Below, one piece after another: positions 50,948 to 60,022 of a stretch of DNA of 64,000 nucleotides. How positions within the stretch are numbered: position 1 is the first letter of the stretch; every line of letters begins with the position of its first letter. This DNA is from a virus. The notes beneath the pieces were generated by a model that saw nothing but the letters and a program-made list of their open reading frames with translations, was not told the origin of the DNA and searched no databases. Where the stretch lies: the IMG/VR virus record IMGVR_UViG_3300020469_005214, positions 1 to 64,000 of that record; one strand, 5' to 3'. A program made the translations under genes and the position numbers.

Positions 50948-51356
50948 TATTAATTTCAGTTAATATTTTATAAGCGTTATTATCTAGCCACTCCGTTACT
51001 TTATAATCATAGTTGCTAGGTATTTCAAATATTCTGTTTGTATCTTCATATCTACCCTCATTTATGGTATTCATCCATATACTGAAATCAGCATTAAAAT
51101 GTTTACGAGCTTCCTCAGTGGGACAAACAAAATCTGCTACAGCTATCTTATTTGCCTTTACTATTCCGTCGGATAAATATTTCATACGATTGGCTTGTCG
51201 TATTCTGCCTTCCATTGAGAAGTCCCAGTCGTTGTATTCTTTACGTATTTCGTCGGCATTAAGCCAAACTCCATTTAATAGTTTAGAAAGCTCTTCTGCC
51301 AATGTTGATTTTCCACTTCCGGGAAGTCCAAATACCAATACTTTAAGTTTGTTCAT
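50940..51356 (-). CDS. cysC: Adenylylsulfate (APS) kinase-like protein
   Basis: GLPGSGKST P-loop, NADEIR, DFSMEGR motifs; shorter than cellular CysC. Confidence 0.75.
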   Translation of the reverse strand: MNKLKVLVFGLPGSGKSTLAEELSKLLNGVWLNADEIRKEYNDWDFSMEGRIRQANRMKYLSDGIVKANKIAVADFVCPTEEARKHFNADFSIWMNTINEGRYEDTNRIFEIPSNYDYKVTEWLDNNAYKILTEINNV

Positions 51357-51768
51357 ATTTTCTTAAAATCCAACTACTACTATTTTTTTTGTCTTCCCCA
51401 CCGACTCCAAAAATAAAATCGACATCATCAAAAATCATTTCAGGAATGTTTTCACTTGTCCTATCACCACCATTAGCAAAAATTATTTGAGCAAATGGAA
51501 ACAACATTTTAACATTTTTTATTGCTTCAATTGCTGTATCATCTTGATCGTTAAATAAAATACAACCATCAACATACCTAATCGCAGATAATATTTCGTG
51601 TCGTTCTTTTTCTGGTAAAAAGTTTTTGCCCTTCTTGCGACAAAGCCAATCATCAGAATTTATTCCGACAATAAGTTTATCGCCAAGTTTACTTGCATAT
51701 TTTAAATAAGCAAGGTGGCCAGAATGCAATGGATCAAATCCACCAGTAACTAATACAACCTTTTCCAC
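51343..51768 (-). CDS. Cytidylyl/adenylyltransferase (TagD/RfaE-like)
   Basis: TGGFDPLHSGH, LIVGINSD, ANGGDR, SSS motifs. Confidence 0.88.
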   Translation of the reverse strand: MEKVVLVTGGFDPLHSGHLAYLKYASKLGDKLIVGINSDDWLCRKKGKNFLPEKERHEILSAIRYVDGCILFNDQDDTAIEAIKNVKMLFPFAQIIFANGGDRTSENIPEMIFDDVDFIFGVGGEDKKNSSSWILRKYEQT

Positions 51769-51769
51769 T

Positions 51770-52192
51770 TTATAAGGTAACTTCTTTTCTATCTATAATA
51801 ACTTTTCTATTAGCCAATTGTTCATCAGCTATCTCATTTTTAGATTTGCCAAAGTAAGTTACAGCGTAATTGTTTTTTACAAGAAATGTATTAACGTTGG
51901 TGCCATCTAGTGTAACCAATTCACCTAAAATTCTACCATATTTGCCCCTACTACCATCAGTCTTTGTTTGAAGCACAATACTAGAACCGATAGGACAAAA
52001 ATCTAAAACTTTAGACTTAGCCAAATTGCCAAATATTTTTTCAACCTTATCCCTAGTTCTGCTCTCTGGAGTATCTATACCATAAAGACGAATGCGTTGT
52101 TTTTTAAGCCATACATTAAATCCTAAATCTATATCTACATCGACAGTATCACCATCGATAACCTTAACTACTATTGCTTTATATTCGTACAT
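51770..52192 (-). CDS. Thermonuclease (SNase-like); likely start ATG 52192
   Basis: VIDGDTVD, IRLYGIDTPE, GKYGRILG. Confidence 0.9.
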   Translation of the reverse strand: MYEYKAIVVKVIDGDTVDVDIDLGFNVWLKKQRIRLYGIDTPESRTRDKVEKIFGNLAKSKVLDFCPIGSSIVLQTKTDGSRGKYGRILGELVTLDGTNVNTFLVKNNYAVTYFGKSKNEIADEQLANRKVIIDRKEVTL

Positions 52193-52202
52193 ATTTTTTA
52201 AT

Positions 52203-52385
52203 TTATTTTTGTTGAGACTCTTCCCAACCAAAACCTACTTTATGCGATAAAACAAACCATAACCATCCGCGATAAACGTAAGCATATCCTCTTTCTTCAA
52301 GTTCGTCTTCAAATTCAAATTCTGCTCTATACCAAGGTAGCCATTCAAATTCAGTTATATCTAAAACGTACTTTCCTATTATCAT
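52203..52385 (-). CDS. Hypothetical protein
   Basis: Tightly packed minus-strand ORF. Confidence 0.55.
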   Translation of the reverse strand: MIIGKYVLDITEFEWLPWYRAEFEFEDELEERGYAYVYRGWLWFVLSHKVGFGWEESQQK

Positions 52386-52389
52386 GATT

Positions 52390-52599
52390 CTAATCAGTTG
52401 TTTTTGCTAAACCCATTGACATTAATACTAGAAACAAACCTCCAGCAAAATACATCAACATTGTTTTCCAAAAGTCCTTATTCTTCCAAAATGTCATTGA
52501 ACCATACGAGGCAGATTGCGTACAACAACTGTTTATTCGTTTATTCTGCCTATCAACGATTTCGCCTTCTTTGCGTTCTCTCTGTTTCCAATTAGCCAT
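52390..52599 (-). CDS. Small membrane protein
   Basis: C-terminal hydrophobic helix; coupled to the upstream gene. Confidence 0.55.
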   Translation of the reverse strand: MANWKQRERKEGEIVDRQNKRINSCCTQSASYGSMTFWKNKDFWKTMLMYFAGGLFLVLMSMGLAKTTD

Positions 52600-52781
52600 T
52601 ACAATAGATCTATAGTTTTATTATAAATTATTTTGTGAACCTCTTCTAAGGCTTTTCTACGACTTACAATAGCATTAACGACTTTTTCTTCTGTTTCGTG
52701 TTTATGTTTCTGATATTGATATGCACAATCACTCAAAAGCATTTTTAATACTATGTCAATTTTATTTTCTATTTCGTCCAT
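52599..52781 (-). CDS. Hypothetical protein
   Basis: Coupled ORF. Confidence 0.55.
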   Translation of the reverse strand: MDEIENKIDIVLKMLLSDCAYQYQKHKHETEEKVVNAIVSRRKALEEVHKIIYNKTIDLL

Positions 52782-52783
52782 TG

Positions 52784-52996
52784 CTAAAATGTTTTTTTTC
52801 TAAATTCATCAACAGTTAAAACTTTTCGTTTCTTTACTTTGTTGTTCGTTGATTTTTGTCTTAAAAAACTAATGTAGTTTAATATTGTGTTTGTAAATAC
52901 TGCAAAAAAGATTCCGTTGGTTGTATTGAAACAAGCAACAACAAAAGAAATTGCAATTAATAAAATTATCGTGATGTTTGTTATTTTGTTTTTCAT
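52784..52996 (-). CDS. Small membrane protein
   Basis: Two hydrophobic segments and a basic tail. Confidence 0.55.
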   Translation of the reverse strand: MKNKITNITIILLIAISFVVACFNTTNGIFFAVFTNTILNYISFLRQKSTNNKVKKRKVLTVDEFRKKTF

Positions 52997-53316
52997 TTTC
53001 TATTGAATAATTGGAAACTTACAATTGAGATAAAAAATATTATTGGGAAATATTTCATATTGAGTCCTATCAAGCTAACAAAAAAAGATGTCCAAACATT
53101 AAAGCAAATGGGACATCTTATTAGTCCAGATAATGTAAAGTCAGACCACAATATTCTAATATCCTTGTGAAGAAAAATATAATTTTCAGCTTGGTCTACG
53201 CTATCAAAATTTTGTCTAAAAACAGTATTTACTACATGTACCTTAAAGTCTGTTAAGAAAAAGGCACAAAGCACTAAAAAGCTTAAACAACTTAAATTTA
53301 TGACATCTATTATCAT
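52993..53316 (-). CDS. DUF1360-like membrane protein
   Basis: LIRCPICFNVW motif between hydrophobic helices. Confidence 0.55.
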   Translation of the reverse strand: MIIDVINLSCLSFLVLCAFFLTDFKVHVVNTVFRQNFDSVDQAENYIFLHKDIRILWSDFTLSGLIRCPICFNVWTSFFVSLIGLNMKYFPIIFFISIVSFQLFNRK

Positions 53317-54164
53317 TTCTTATATTCATTAATTAACCCAACTAGCTCAAGTATTTTTTTCTTATTGATTTCATGCCAATCGGAATAATTCGCCCAGTCA
53401 GAATATTCATCCTCTTTAAGCCAAGCACTCTTTTTGTCTTCTTTGACCTGATTGCGCAGAAAAGTTTTAAAACTGTCAAACTCTGAAATTTTAAGAATGG
53501 ATTTAACCTTGTTCTTTAGAGTTACATCGGGTCCAGTTGGAGCATCGCCCGAACGTTTGGGCTCATCTTCTTTTGGAGCGTCACCGATTTCATCTTTACC
53601 AAGATAAGGTATGTTGAAGTAAGCTTTTACAGCACGAATCAAAGACCGATTTTCACTCATTGCCGCAAGATAATATTTTGTAAAGCTCTTACAGTTGTTG
53701 AAGTGAGTATCTGCAATGCCAGAGGTTAGCTGACCATTTTGCCATACAATCTCGCAGGAAAGCCCGCAATAGCCTTGATCGGCGGCTCCTAGGGGAATGT
53801 ACCTAAGTGAGGTGAAACCTTCTTTATGAAGCAAATCTTTGAAAAACTGAAGCAACAAAACCTCTACTCCTGAATTTTCATCCTTACATTTAAATTTAGG
53901 ATTTTCTTGTAAATATTTTTCCCAATCAAATTTATTCAAACGCGTTGGGGCTGTAGTAATTGCTTGCTTTGTAGTTTTTTCCATATTTTCTTTTGTGGGT
54001 AAAGAAGAATCTGTTATTCTTGTTGAAGCTAACTCAACAATATTTTTACCACTGTCTTTGAGCCAAATTTCATAAATCTCATTGGCCAGAGGAATCACAT
54101 TGCCAGCTCCAGATTCTTTTATATATTTTTTAAGATCGTAATATTCTTTTTTCTTTTTAGCCAT
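53313..54164 (-). CDS. Putative single-strand annealing protein (Rad52/Sak-like)
   Basis: AAMSENRSLIRAVKAYFNI..GKDEI helix resembles the conserved Rad52-superfamily segment. Confidence 0.4.
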   Translation of the reverse strand: MAKKKKEYYDLKKYIKESGAGNVIPLANEIYEIWLKDSGKNIVELASTRITDSSLPTKENMEKTTKQAITTAPTRLNKFDWEKYLQENPKFKCKDENSGVEVLLLQFFKDLLHKEGFTSLRYIPLGAADQGYCGLSCEIVWQNGQLTSGIADTHFNNCKSFTKYYLAAMSENRSLIRAVKAYFNIPYLGKDEIGDAPKEDEPKRSGDAPTGPDVTLKNKVKSILKISEFDSFKTFLRNQVKEDKKSAWLKEDEYSDWANYSDWHEINKKKILELVGLINEYKK

Positions 54165-54165
54165 T

Positions 54166-54474
54166 TTAAGTCTCTAATAGTTGTTTAATTTCTTTTTGAG
54201 TTAAAAAGTGAAATTCATAATAATAACCGCTCATTTCTTCGAGCCCATCGTTAATCATTTCTTCGATGTTGTTTTGTTCAGTTTCACCATCGGTTTCATC
54301 AACCTGCAAATCCAATACGTGATGATTGAGTTCTCGAATTTTTACTAAGCAAGGATAATCTTCTGGCTCTTCGTCAAAAAAACCAGCATTCATATTACTA
54401 CTTTCGGCATCTTGAATAAGCATTTCTTTTAGCTTTTCAAATTCTTCAGGATTTTTTAATATTGATGATTGCAT
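54166..54474 (-). CDS. Acidic hypothetical protein
   Basis: ORF in operon context. Confidence 0.6.
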   Translation of the reverse strand: MQSSILKNPEEFEKLKEMLIQDAESSNMNAGFFDEEPEDYPCLVKIRELNHHVLDLQVDETDGETEQNNIEEMINDGLEEMSGYYYEFHFLTQKEIKQLLET

Positions 54475-54492
54475 AATTATTTATTATTTAAA

Positions 54493-55632
54493 TTAGGATA
54501 TGATTCTAAAATGCTGTATTTCTTTGAAAAAGTCAAGACTTTTTTCTGCAATTTCTAAAACATTTTGATTTGGATCTTCTAATGGACGATTATTTTTCCA
54601 ATCTTCTTTGCTCATATAAATTTTTCCGTCACTCAAAAGATATTTGTAACTTTTATATTTAGCACCTTCTGGAATTTCAATATCAACATCTTCAAATTTA
54701 TACATATAAACATTATCAATATCCAAAGCTCTAAACCTAATGTCTTTAATGTTTTCTTTGTCGTCTGACCACAATTTAGTTGGGATTCCAATCTTTCGCA
54801 ATCTTTTAATATACTCTAAATCAGAATTCATGTCAACCTTAAAATTGATCTCTTGTATATTACTTTTAAATTTTTGATATAAATCTAATGAAGTCTCTTT
54901 ATCGGTAATAATTGTAGCCTGAAATAGTGATAAATTTTTACAAAGCATCTCTTCGTTAAGTTCATAGTCGCATCTTATTACTGGAACTTTTCCCTTAATA
55001 GATTGGGGATTAACTGCTACATTGGGAACTATTTCAATTACCTGATGTCCATAAGAAGATCCAATATAAATGGTTTCTGATTCAATTTGTTCTATACCTA
55101 ATTTTTCAAAAACTGCATTAATAACTTCTTCTGGTTTTATATAATTAATGGTTTTGGGCGATTCTTGAGCTGAAAATGATGGGTTTTTGCCGTTTCTATG
55201 TGATTCAATCAATTTAGCGTGTTTCCTAAAATGGGGTCCATGATTAATGGCAGTCGTTGGACCATAAAGAGCAACGGTTGGAACATCATGTAGTCCTGCA
55301 AGATGAACGGCAAAACTATCATTTCCTAAATGTAGTTTAGAATTTCGCAAAACATAAAAAGTTTGATTTATATTGAGCTGATTTATCAAATTTACACAAT
55401 GTGGATATTGTTTGCAATCACGACCAATGTGTAAAATTTCATAGCCCATTTCTTTTAATTTAGGAGCTATGGTATCTAAAACATCTAGATAATAATCATA
55501 GTTTTTACTCTCCATTCCAGACGAAGTTTGAATGGTAATGTATTTCGATGGTACTGGATAAAAATCTTCATCTGGAACCAGCTTGTTAATTTTAAATCCA
55601 GTCGAGAGCGAATATCTTTCTAGTAAGTTCAT
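54493..55632 (-). CDS. Glycosyltransferase family 9 (heptosyltransferase-like)
   Basis: LHLGNDSFAVHLAGLHDVPTVALYGPT signature. Confidence 0.85.
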   Translation of the reverse strand: MNLLERYSLSTGFKINKLVPDEDFYPVPSKYITIQTSSGMESKNYDYYLDVLDTIAPKLKEMGYEILHIGRDCKQYPHCVNLINQLNINQTFYVLRNSKLHLGNDSFAVHLAGLHDVPTVALYGPTTAINHGPHFRKHAKLIESHRNGKNPSFSAQESPKTINYIKPEEVINAVFEKLGIEQIESETIYIGSSYGHQVIEIVPNVAVNPQSIKGKVPVIRCDYELNEEMLCKNLSLFQATIITDKETSLDLYQKFKSNIQEINFKVDMNSDLEYIKRLRKIGIPTKLWSDDKENIKDIRFRALDIDNVYMYKFEDVDIEIPEGAKYKSYKYLLSDGKIYMSKEDWKNNRPLEDPNQNVLEIAEKSLDFFKEIQHFRIIS

Positions 55633-55663
55633 ATAAATATAATGTTTCTTTTAATTAAAATTC

Positions 55664-57580
55664 CTAAGACTTAGATTCAACTAACATTTCTGGCTGATTA
55701 TTGCTAAGATAGTTTAGATGCTTTTGAGTGTCAACAGCAGGCATAACAAAAACTCCCAAGCCCTTTTCCTTACTTGCTCCGATTACATACATTTCTTGTT
55801 CTAGCATAGGATTAAATGGTATCATATTATCAACAAAGGCACAACCTTTAAATATATTGAAATATTGAGGGTCCGTTACAATATTGATATTATGATCTGG
55901 ATAAGAATCTCTGCATGATTGAAGTAATGATAAGCAAATAATACAGTCTCCAACAGACTCTTTAATTACAAAAAATAAATCTTCTTTACCATTATTAAGA
56001 AGCGAATCTTCGAAATTTACCTCTTTTTCTTGAACCTCTTTAGCAGATATTTGTTTAAAAATTGAAATAATGCTATCTTTAGGTTCTCCATTTGATAATC
56101 TATCAAGCCAATGTTTCATTCCCTCTTTGTCTGGATTTTGCGTATCTAAAAAGCCAGAGTAAAGATTTTTTATAAAATCTTCTTTATCTAAAGAAGTATT
56201 GGGTGCAAAGGACGGGTTTGGATTTTTGGTATCATCAAATCTAACATTGGAATAATCTACTTTTGACATGCTGTCAAAAATATTTGACCATTGTTTGGCA
56301 ACCACCTTTGAATCAAACTTTTTAATTGCCCATTCTCTGCCTTGTTGCCCAATCTTTTTTCTCTTAGATTTGTCCATTTGTTCAATTTTGCGAATAAACT
56401 TAACACAATCTTGAACAGAAGGTTCAGCTTTAATAAAACCACTATTACATTCAGATGTCTCTACGTATTTTATTTCTGTTACTTGTGGGCACTCTAGATA
56501 TGTTGAGCCACAAGAATAACCTATCGTTGCTAAAGGCAAAGCATTTAATAAACTTTCTGCACAATGATATTCGAAACCTCCAGAAGTAAAAACACTTAGA
56601 GCACAGTCACTTATACCATAGATATACTTCATTTCATCATCACTAACTCCATTACCTATAGATGCGGAATCTTGACATTTTTTACCGTTGCAAAATCTAC
56701 AATCTTGTTGTTCACCATTATATGGTTTGATTTCAAATTGCTTACACTTGTGACAAACATAGGTTGTTAAAACATCAGACATTTCTAGTCCATTTTCTTT
56801 AATAAGTCTAGCTAAGGGCCAACCTTCGGTCCAAGAAGTATGAATTGCCAATCGCACCCTTTTGCTTCTCGGATATTGTTTTTTATAAGAAGCAAGGGCT
56901 TTAAGAAGAGTATCAAATTTTTTTCTTAATTGATTCCTACCAACGAAATTAATTAAAATATCATCTTGAGGAATTTCAAACTTATTGCGTAAATCTCTTT
57001 TTGCATCATCAGATATCGGTTCATACTGATCTACCTCAATTGCCGCTGGAATGGTGCCAATGTTATAATTTGTTTCAATTTCTTGTTTTGATAGACCATC
57101 TTTTAGAGCTTTTTCCCCAAAAGGCGACCAAGAATAAGTATGACAATTTTTAGCAAGCTCGTAAGATTCTGGAAGCAGGGCTAAAGAATCAAAAGTTATA
57201 TGAGAAATTAAATTAACTTTCTTAGACCATTCTTTGTTTGTGTAATAATCTAAAGGTGCCGCCCATAAATCATCAGATATACAGACGATATCTGGCTTAT
57301 GTTCCTTTATAAAGCTTTCTAGTTTTATTGCACCATAAGCGGCTAATCTGCCGTAATGAGGGTCTTGCTTGTACCTATTTTGTTCCTGTGGGTCTGCTGA
57401 AAGTGCAGGCACACTTTTCCAAGGATACATTTCCAATTTTGAGTCTCCCTCCAAGGTGCCTTGACACAAATGAATTATCTCATATTTGCCATACCATTCT
57501 TTAAAAAGTGCTTTTGTATTTCGGCTAAGCCCAGTTTTAAGCCAGAGTGAGTTACTAACCCATAAGATTCTTTTAGACAT
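55664..57580 (-). CDS. GT-B (GT4-like) glycosyltransferase with Cys-rich insert and C-terminal GT9-like start
   Basis: FVGRNQLRK, SGGFEY..AES; CHKC...CRFC insert; ESVGDCII..L. Confidence 0.8.
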   Translation of the reverse strand: MSKRILWVSNSLWLKTGLSRNTKALFKEWYGKYEIIHLCQGTLEGDSKLEMYPWKSVPALSADPQEQNRYKQDPHYGRLAAYGAIKLESFIKEHKPDIVCISDDLWAAPLDYYTNKEWSKKVNLISHITFDSLALLPESYELAKNCHTYSWSPFGEKALKDGLSKQEIETNYNIGTIPAAIEVDQYEPISDDAKRDLRNKFEIPQDDILINFVGRNQLRKKFDTLLKALASYKKQYPRSKRVRLAIHTSWTEGWPLARLIKENGLEMSDVLTTYVCHKCKQFEIKPYNGEQQDCRFCNGKKCQDSASIGNGVSDDEMKYIYGISDCALSVFTSGGFEYHCAESLLNALPLATIGYSCGSTYLECPQVTEIKYVETSECNSGFIKAEPSVQDCVKFIRKIEQMDKSKRKKIGQQGREWAIKKFDSKVVAKQWSNIFDSMSKVDYSNVRFDDTKNPNPSFAPNTSLDKEDFIKNLYSGFLDTQNPDKEGMKHWLDRLSNGEPKDSIISIFKQISAKEVQEKEVNFEDSLLNNGKEDLFFVIKESVGDCIICLSLLQSCRDSYPDHNINIVTDPQYFNIFKGCAFVDNMIPFNPMLEQEMYVIGASKEKGLGVFVMPAVDTQKHLNYLSNNQPEMLVESKS

Positions 57581-57585
57581 ACATT

Positions 57586-57613
57586 AGTATCACGAAATAA
57601 AACAAAAATACAA
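57586..57613 (-). promoter_or_regulatory. Sigma70-like promoter TTGTAT-N16-GATACT, ATG 5 nt downstream
   Basis: Same architecture as the promoter of the sigma gene. Confidence 0.55.
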
Positions 57614-57614
57614 T

Positions 57615-57643
57615 AAAAAAATCCCGCCATTTCTGACGGGATT
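57615..57643 (-). terminator. Rho-independent terminator after the SSB-like gene
   Basis: aatcccgtca-gaaa-tggcgggattttttt on the minus strand. Confidence 0.88.
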
Positions 57644-57665
57644 GAAATTAAATTATCTTACTAAT

Positions 57666-58334
57666 TTAAAAAGGAAGATCTTCGTCTGCATCAGAAGATT
57701 CATCTTCTTCAACGGCAACAAACTCTTCTTTGTCTTCAGAAACTTCCTGATAAGATGGTTTTTCATCTCCTTCAAATTGTTCAAAGAACTCTTCTGTCTT
57801 GCCCCATAAAAAGTCTTCCACCTCGGAGAAATCCCAAGTCTCTTTTCCTTTTACGGTTCTCTTTGAAGGCTGAGGAAGTCCATTGGGAGTATCTCTTGTA
57901 TAATACCAACCAACCCTCTCTCCTTCTTGCTCGATGATCATTACTGGTTTTCCTTCCTCACCTTTGCGTGTTGAAGGGAAGATAGTCACTTCTACAGTCT
58001 TTGAAACATCGATATTAGGAGCTGACTTACAAAAGGAATCTCTAAGAGAAGAGTTCCAAGGAAGATTAAGGTTAAAAATTTCATCACCGTCTTGAAACTT
58101 AATGACAATTGATTCAATAATTAATCCTCCTATTTCTTTGCGCTTGACTTCTCCTCCAATAATGTATCCATCTACACTATTGAAGAAAACCTCATACACG
58201 CTCTTGCCTTCGTTTTTGCCTTGAGTGATCTTACGCTCTTTGGCTCCGTCTGTTCCTTCGGGAACGCGAAGGGAAATTTTGCCGTTTGTTACGCCAAGAA
58301 ATTTCCCGCTATTTGTGTCTCTATTTAGTCCCAT
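57666..58334 (-). CDS. ssDNA-binding-like protein
   Basis: Beta-rich N-terminus and acidic tail ending DEDLPF. Confidence 0.65.
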   Translation of the reverse strand: MGLNRDTNSGKFLGVTNGKISLRVPEGTDGAKERKITQGKNEGKSVYEVFFNSVDGYIIGGEVKRKEIGGLIIESIVIKFQDGDEIFNLNLPWNSSLRDSFCKSAPNIDVSKTVEVTIFPSTRKGEEGKPVMIIEQEGERVGWYYTRDTPNGLPQPSKRTVKGKETWDFSEVEDFLWGKTEEFFEQFEGDEKPSYQEVSEDKEEFVAVEEDESSDADEDLPF

Positions 58335-58401
58335 AATTTATGTTTTTTTTGTGTTAGATACTCCATAATTAGAGTATTTTAAATTTATTTATGCTATATA
58401 T

Positions 58402-58429
58402 ATTACAGTTTATCAAGTCTTGTGTGAGA
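58402..58429 (-). promoter_or_regulatory. Late-type promoter variant TCTCAC-N16-TGTAAT upstream of the SSB-like gene
   Basis: Exact spacing, one mismatch. Confidence 0.5.
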
Positions 58430-58452
58430 ATAATATAAGACTTTGCTGTAAC

Positions 58453-58848
58453 TTAATTATCCGTAAGATCGCTAAAACTTATAAAATCATTTTCAAGTGT
58501 TTTGGGTCTATCTTTATGATGTTTATATCCTTTTTGTTTCTCAAAGTTTTTAAAAAACTTTTTTTGTTCAGGGTCATATCCCATTTTAGATCTTCTTTCT
58601 TCACTTAATTCTTTGGAATAATCAAGAACATCCCCATAGGTTCCTTTCATTTTTCCAGTTTTATCGACAAACCTCTTTTTATCGAATGCATCAATTTTAG
58701 AAGAACCCTCTCTATTGAATTTGGGCTTTTCCCACATTCTTTCCCATTTCACACCATTTTTTACATACTCGTGAGTTTCGTTCATTGATTGAACAAGCTC
58801 AACAATGTCTTTTGGATTTTCTGGGTTTATATAGGTGTATACAGGCAT
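58453..58848 (-). CDS. FmdB-like regulatory protein lacking the zinc cysteines
   Basis: MPVYTY...ELVQSM..W.R pattern. Confidence 0.55.
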   Translation of the reverse strand: MPVYTYINPENPKDIVELVQSMNETHEYVKNGVKWERMWEKPKFNREGSSKIDAFDKKRFVDKTGKMKGTYGDVLDYSKELSEERRSKMGYDPEQKKFFKNFEKQKGYKHHKDRPKTLENDFISFSDLTDN

Positions 58849-59073
58849 CTAACTTTCGTTTTCTTGTTCAGGTTTTTTACTAAAATATCTATCAATAGTG
58901 TCAATTTGTGAATCTAAGCCTTCAATATTTTGAATTTTTTTCTCAATTTCTACTCCAATATCAGCGTGATCGCCAATAGCTACAGAATTATTCAAGAATA
59001 CTTCAAGGTCACTAATTTCAATATCTCGCTGACCAATTAGTTTTGATTTTATTGCTTGTATATAATTTGCCAT
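58849..59073 (-). CDS. Conserved-looking phage hypothetical protein
   Basis: LNNSVAIGDHADI coiled-coil hairpin. Confidence 0.65.
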   Translation of the reverse strand: MANYIQAIKSKLIGQRDIEISDLEVFLNNSVAIGDHADIGVEIEKKIQNIEGLDSQIDTIDRYFSKKPEQENES

Positions 59074-59093
59074 TTTTTTATAAGTGTTGATTT

Positions 59094-59648
59094 TTAAGCA
59101 CCTGAGCTACCAAAACCATCAGAACCACGATCACTATCATCAAGTTCACTAACTTCAATAACCTTAGCTGAGCTTACTGGTAAAACTACCAATTGGGCAA
59201 TTTTATCTCCAGCTTCAAAAATAATCTTTCCATTGCGAACAAGCCTATTTTGACTTTCATCTTTAATGAACCCTTCGGGATAGACCATAATTACGTTTAA
59301 TTCTCCAGTATAACCTTCATCTATAACTCCAGCCTTGATTTCAATGCCACGAGATGCTAGACCACTTTTCTCTTTAATAAAACCAACATGACCTTTAGGT
59401 ATTTGAACTGCAACTCCAGTTGATACTAACTTTCTTTGCTGTTTTTGAATTTCAAATGCTTCAAGAGTAAATAAATCCAAACCAGCATCGCTGTTGTGTG
59501 CTCTAACTGGAATAATTGCATTGTCTTTTAACTTCTTCGCTTTTATAGAAGAAGCACTTATTGATGGTTTAGAGGACTTAGCTGTTACTTTTTCAGACTT
59601 TGTATTCTTCGAAACTGTTTTTTTAGTTACTGTTTTTTTAGTTGCCAT
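59094..59648 (-). CDS. dut: Trimeric dUTPase with Lys-rich N-terminal extension
   Basis: AGLDL, KSGLA, AGVIDEGYTGE, IAQLVV, RGSDGFGSSG motifs. Confidence 0.95.
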   Translation of the reverse strand: MATKKTVTKKTVSKNTKSEKVTAKSSKPSISASSIKAKKLKDNAIIPVRAHNSDAGLDLFTLEAFEIQKQQRKLVSTGVAVQIPKGHVGFIKEKSGLASRGIEIKAGVIDEGYTGELNVIMVYPEGFIKDESQNRLVRNGKIIFEAGDKIAQLVVLPVSSAKVIEVSELDDSDRGSDGFGSSGA

Positions 59649-59788
59649 TATGTTTTCTTATATGTTTTTTTTAATAATTTGTAGCGACTCTTAGCGGATA
59701 GATATTCTTTGAGCTTTTTTGTGCCAGAATCATAGCTAACTGAAAAGCCAGCTATTTCTCTCAACTCTTTCGCCCTTGTACCTCTCAT
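59648..59788 (-). CDS. Small basic protein MRGTRAKELR... (46 aa, below the track cutoff)
   Basis: Fills the gap exactly; its TAA overlaps the dut ATG. Confidence 0.65.
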   Translation of the reverse strand: MRGTRAKELREIAGFSVSYDSGTKKLKEYLSAKSRYKLLKKTYKKT

Positions 59789-59789
59789 G

Positions 59790-59990
59790 CTATGAAATTT
59801 TACTAACTGAATTTACGTGATATTTTACTTCTCCACGCTCTCCAGAATATTTATCGAAAGTCACATATGACTTGCCAACATTCTTGATCCGACCGACGAA
59901 TTTCTCTTCGCCACTTTTATTTCCAATAGTAACGGTATTGAAACGACCTTTGCTTTTTGTTTTGATTCCTTTTATTGCTGTATTTTTCAT
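59790..59990 (-). CDS. Small basic hypothetical protein
   Basis: Operon context. Confidence 0.6.
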   Translation of the reverse strand: MKNTAIKGIKTKSKGRFNTVTIGNKSGEEKFVGRIKNVGKSYVTFDKYSGERGEVKYHVNSVSKIS

Positions 59991-60022
59991 ATTTTTTTAT
60001 ATTTTTAATTTTATTACTATAC

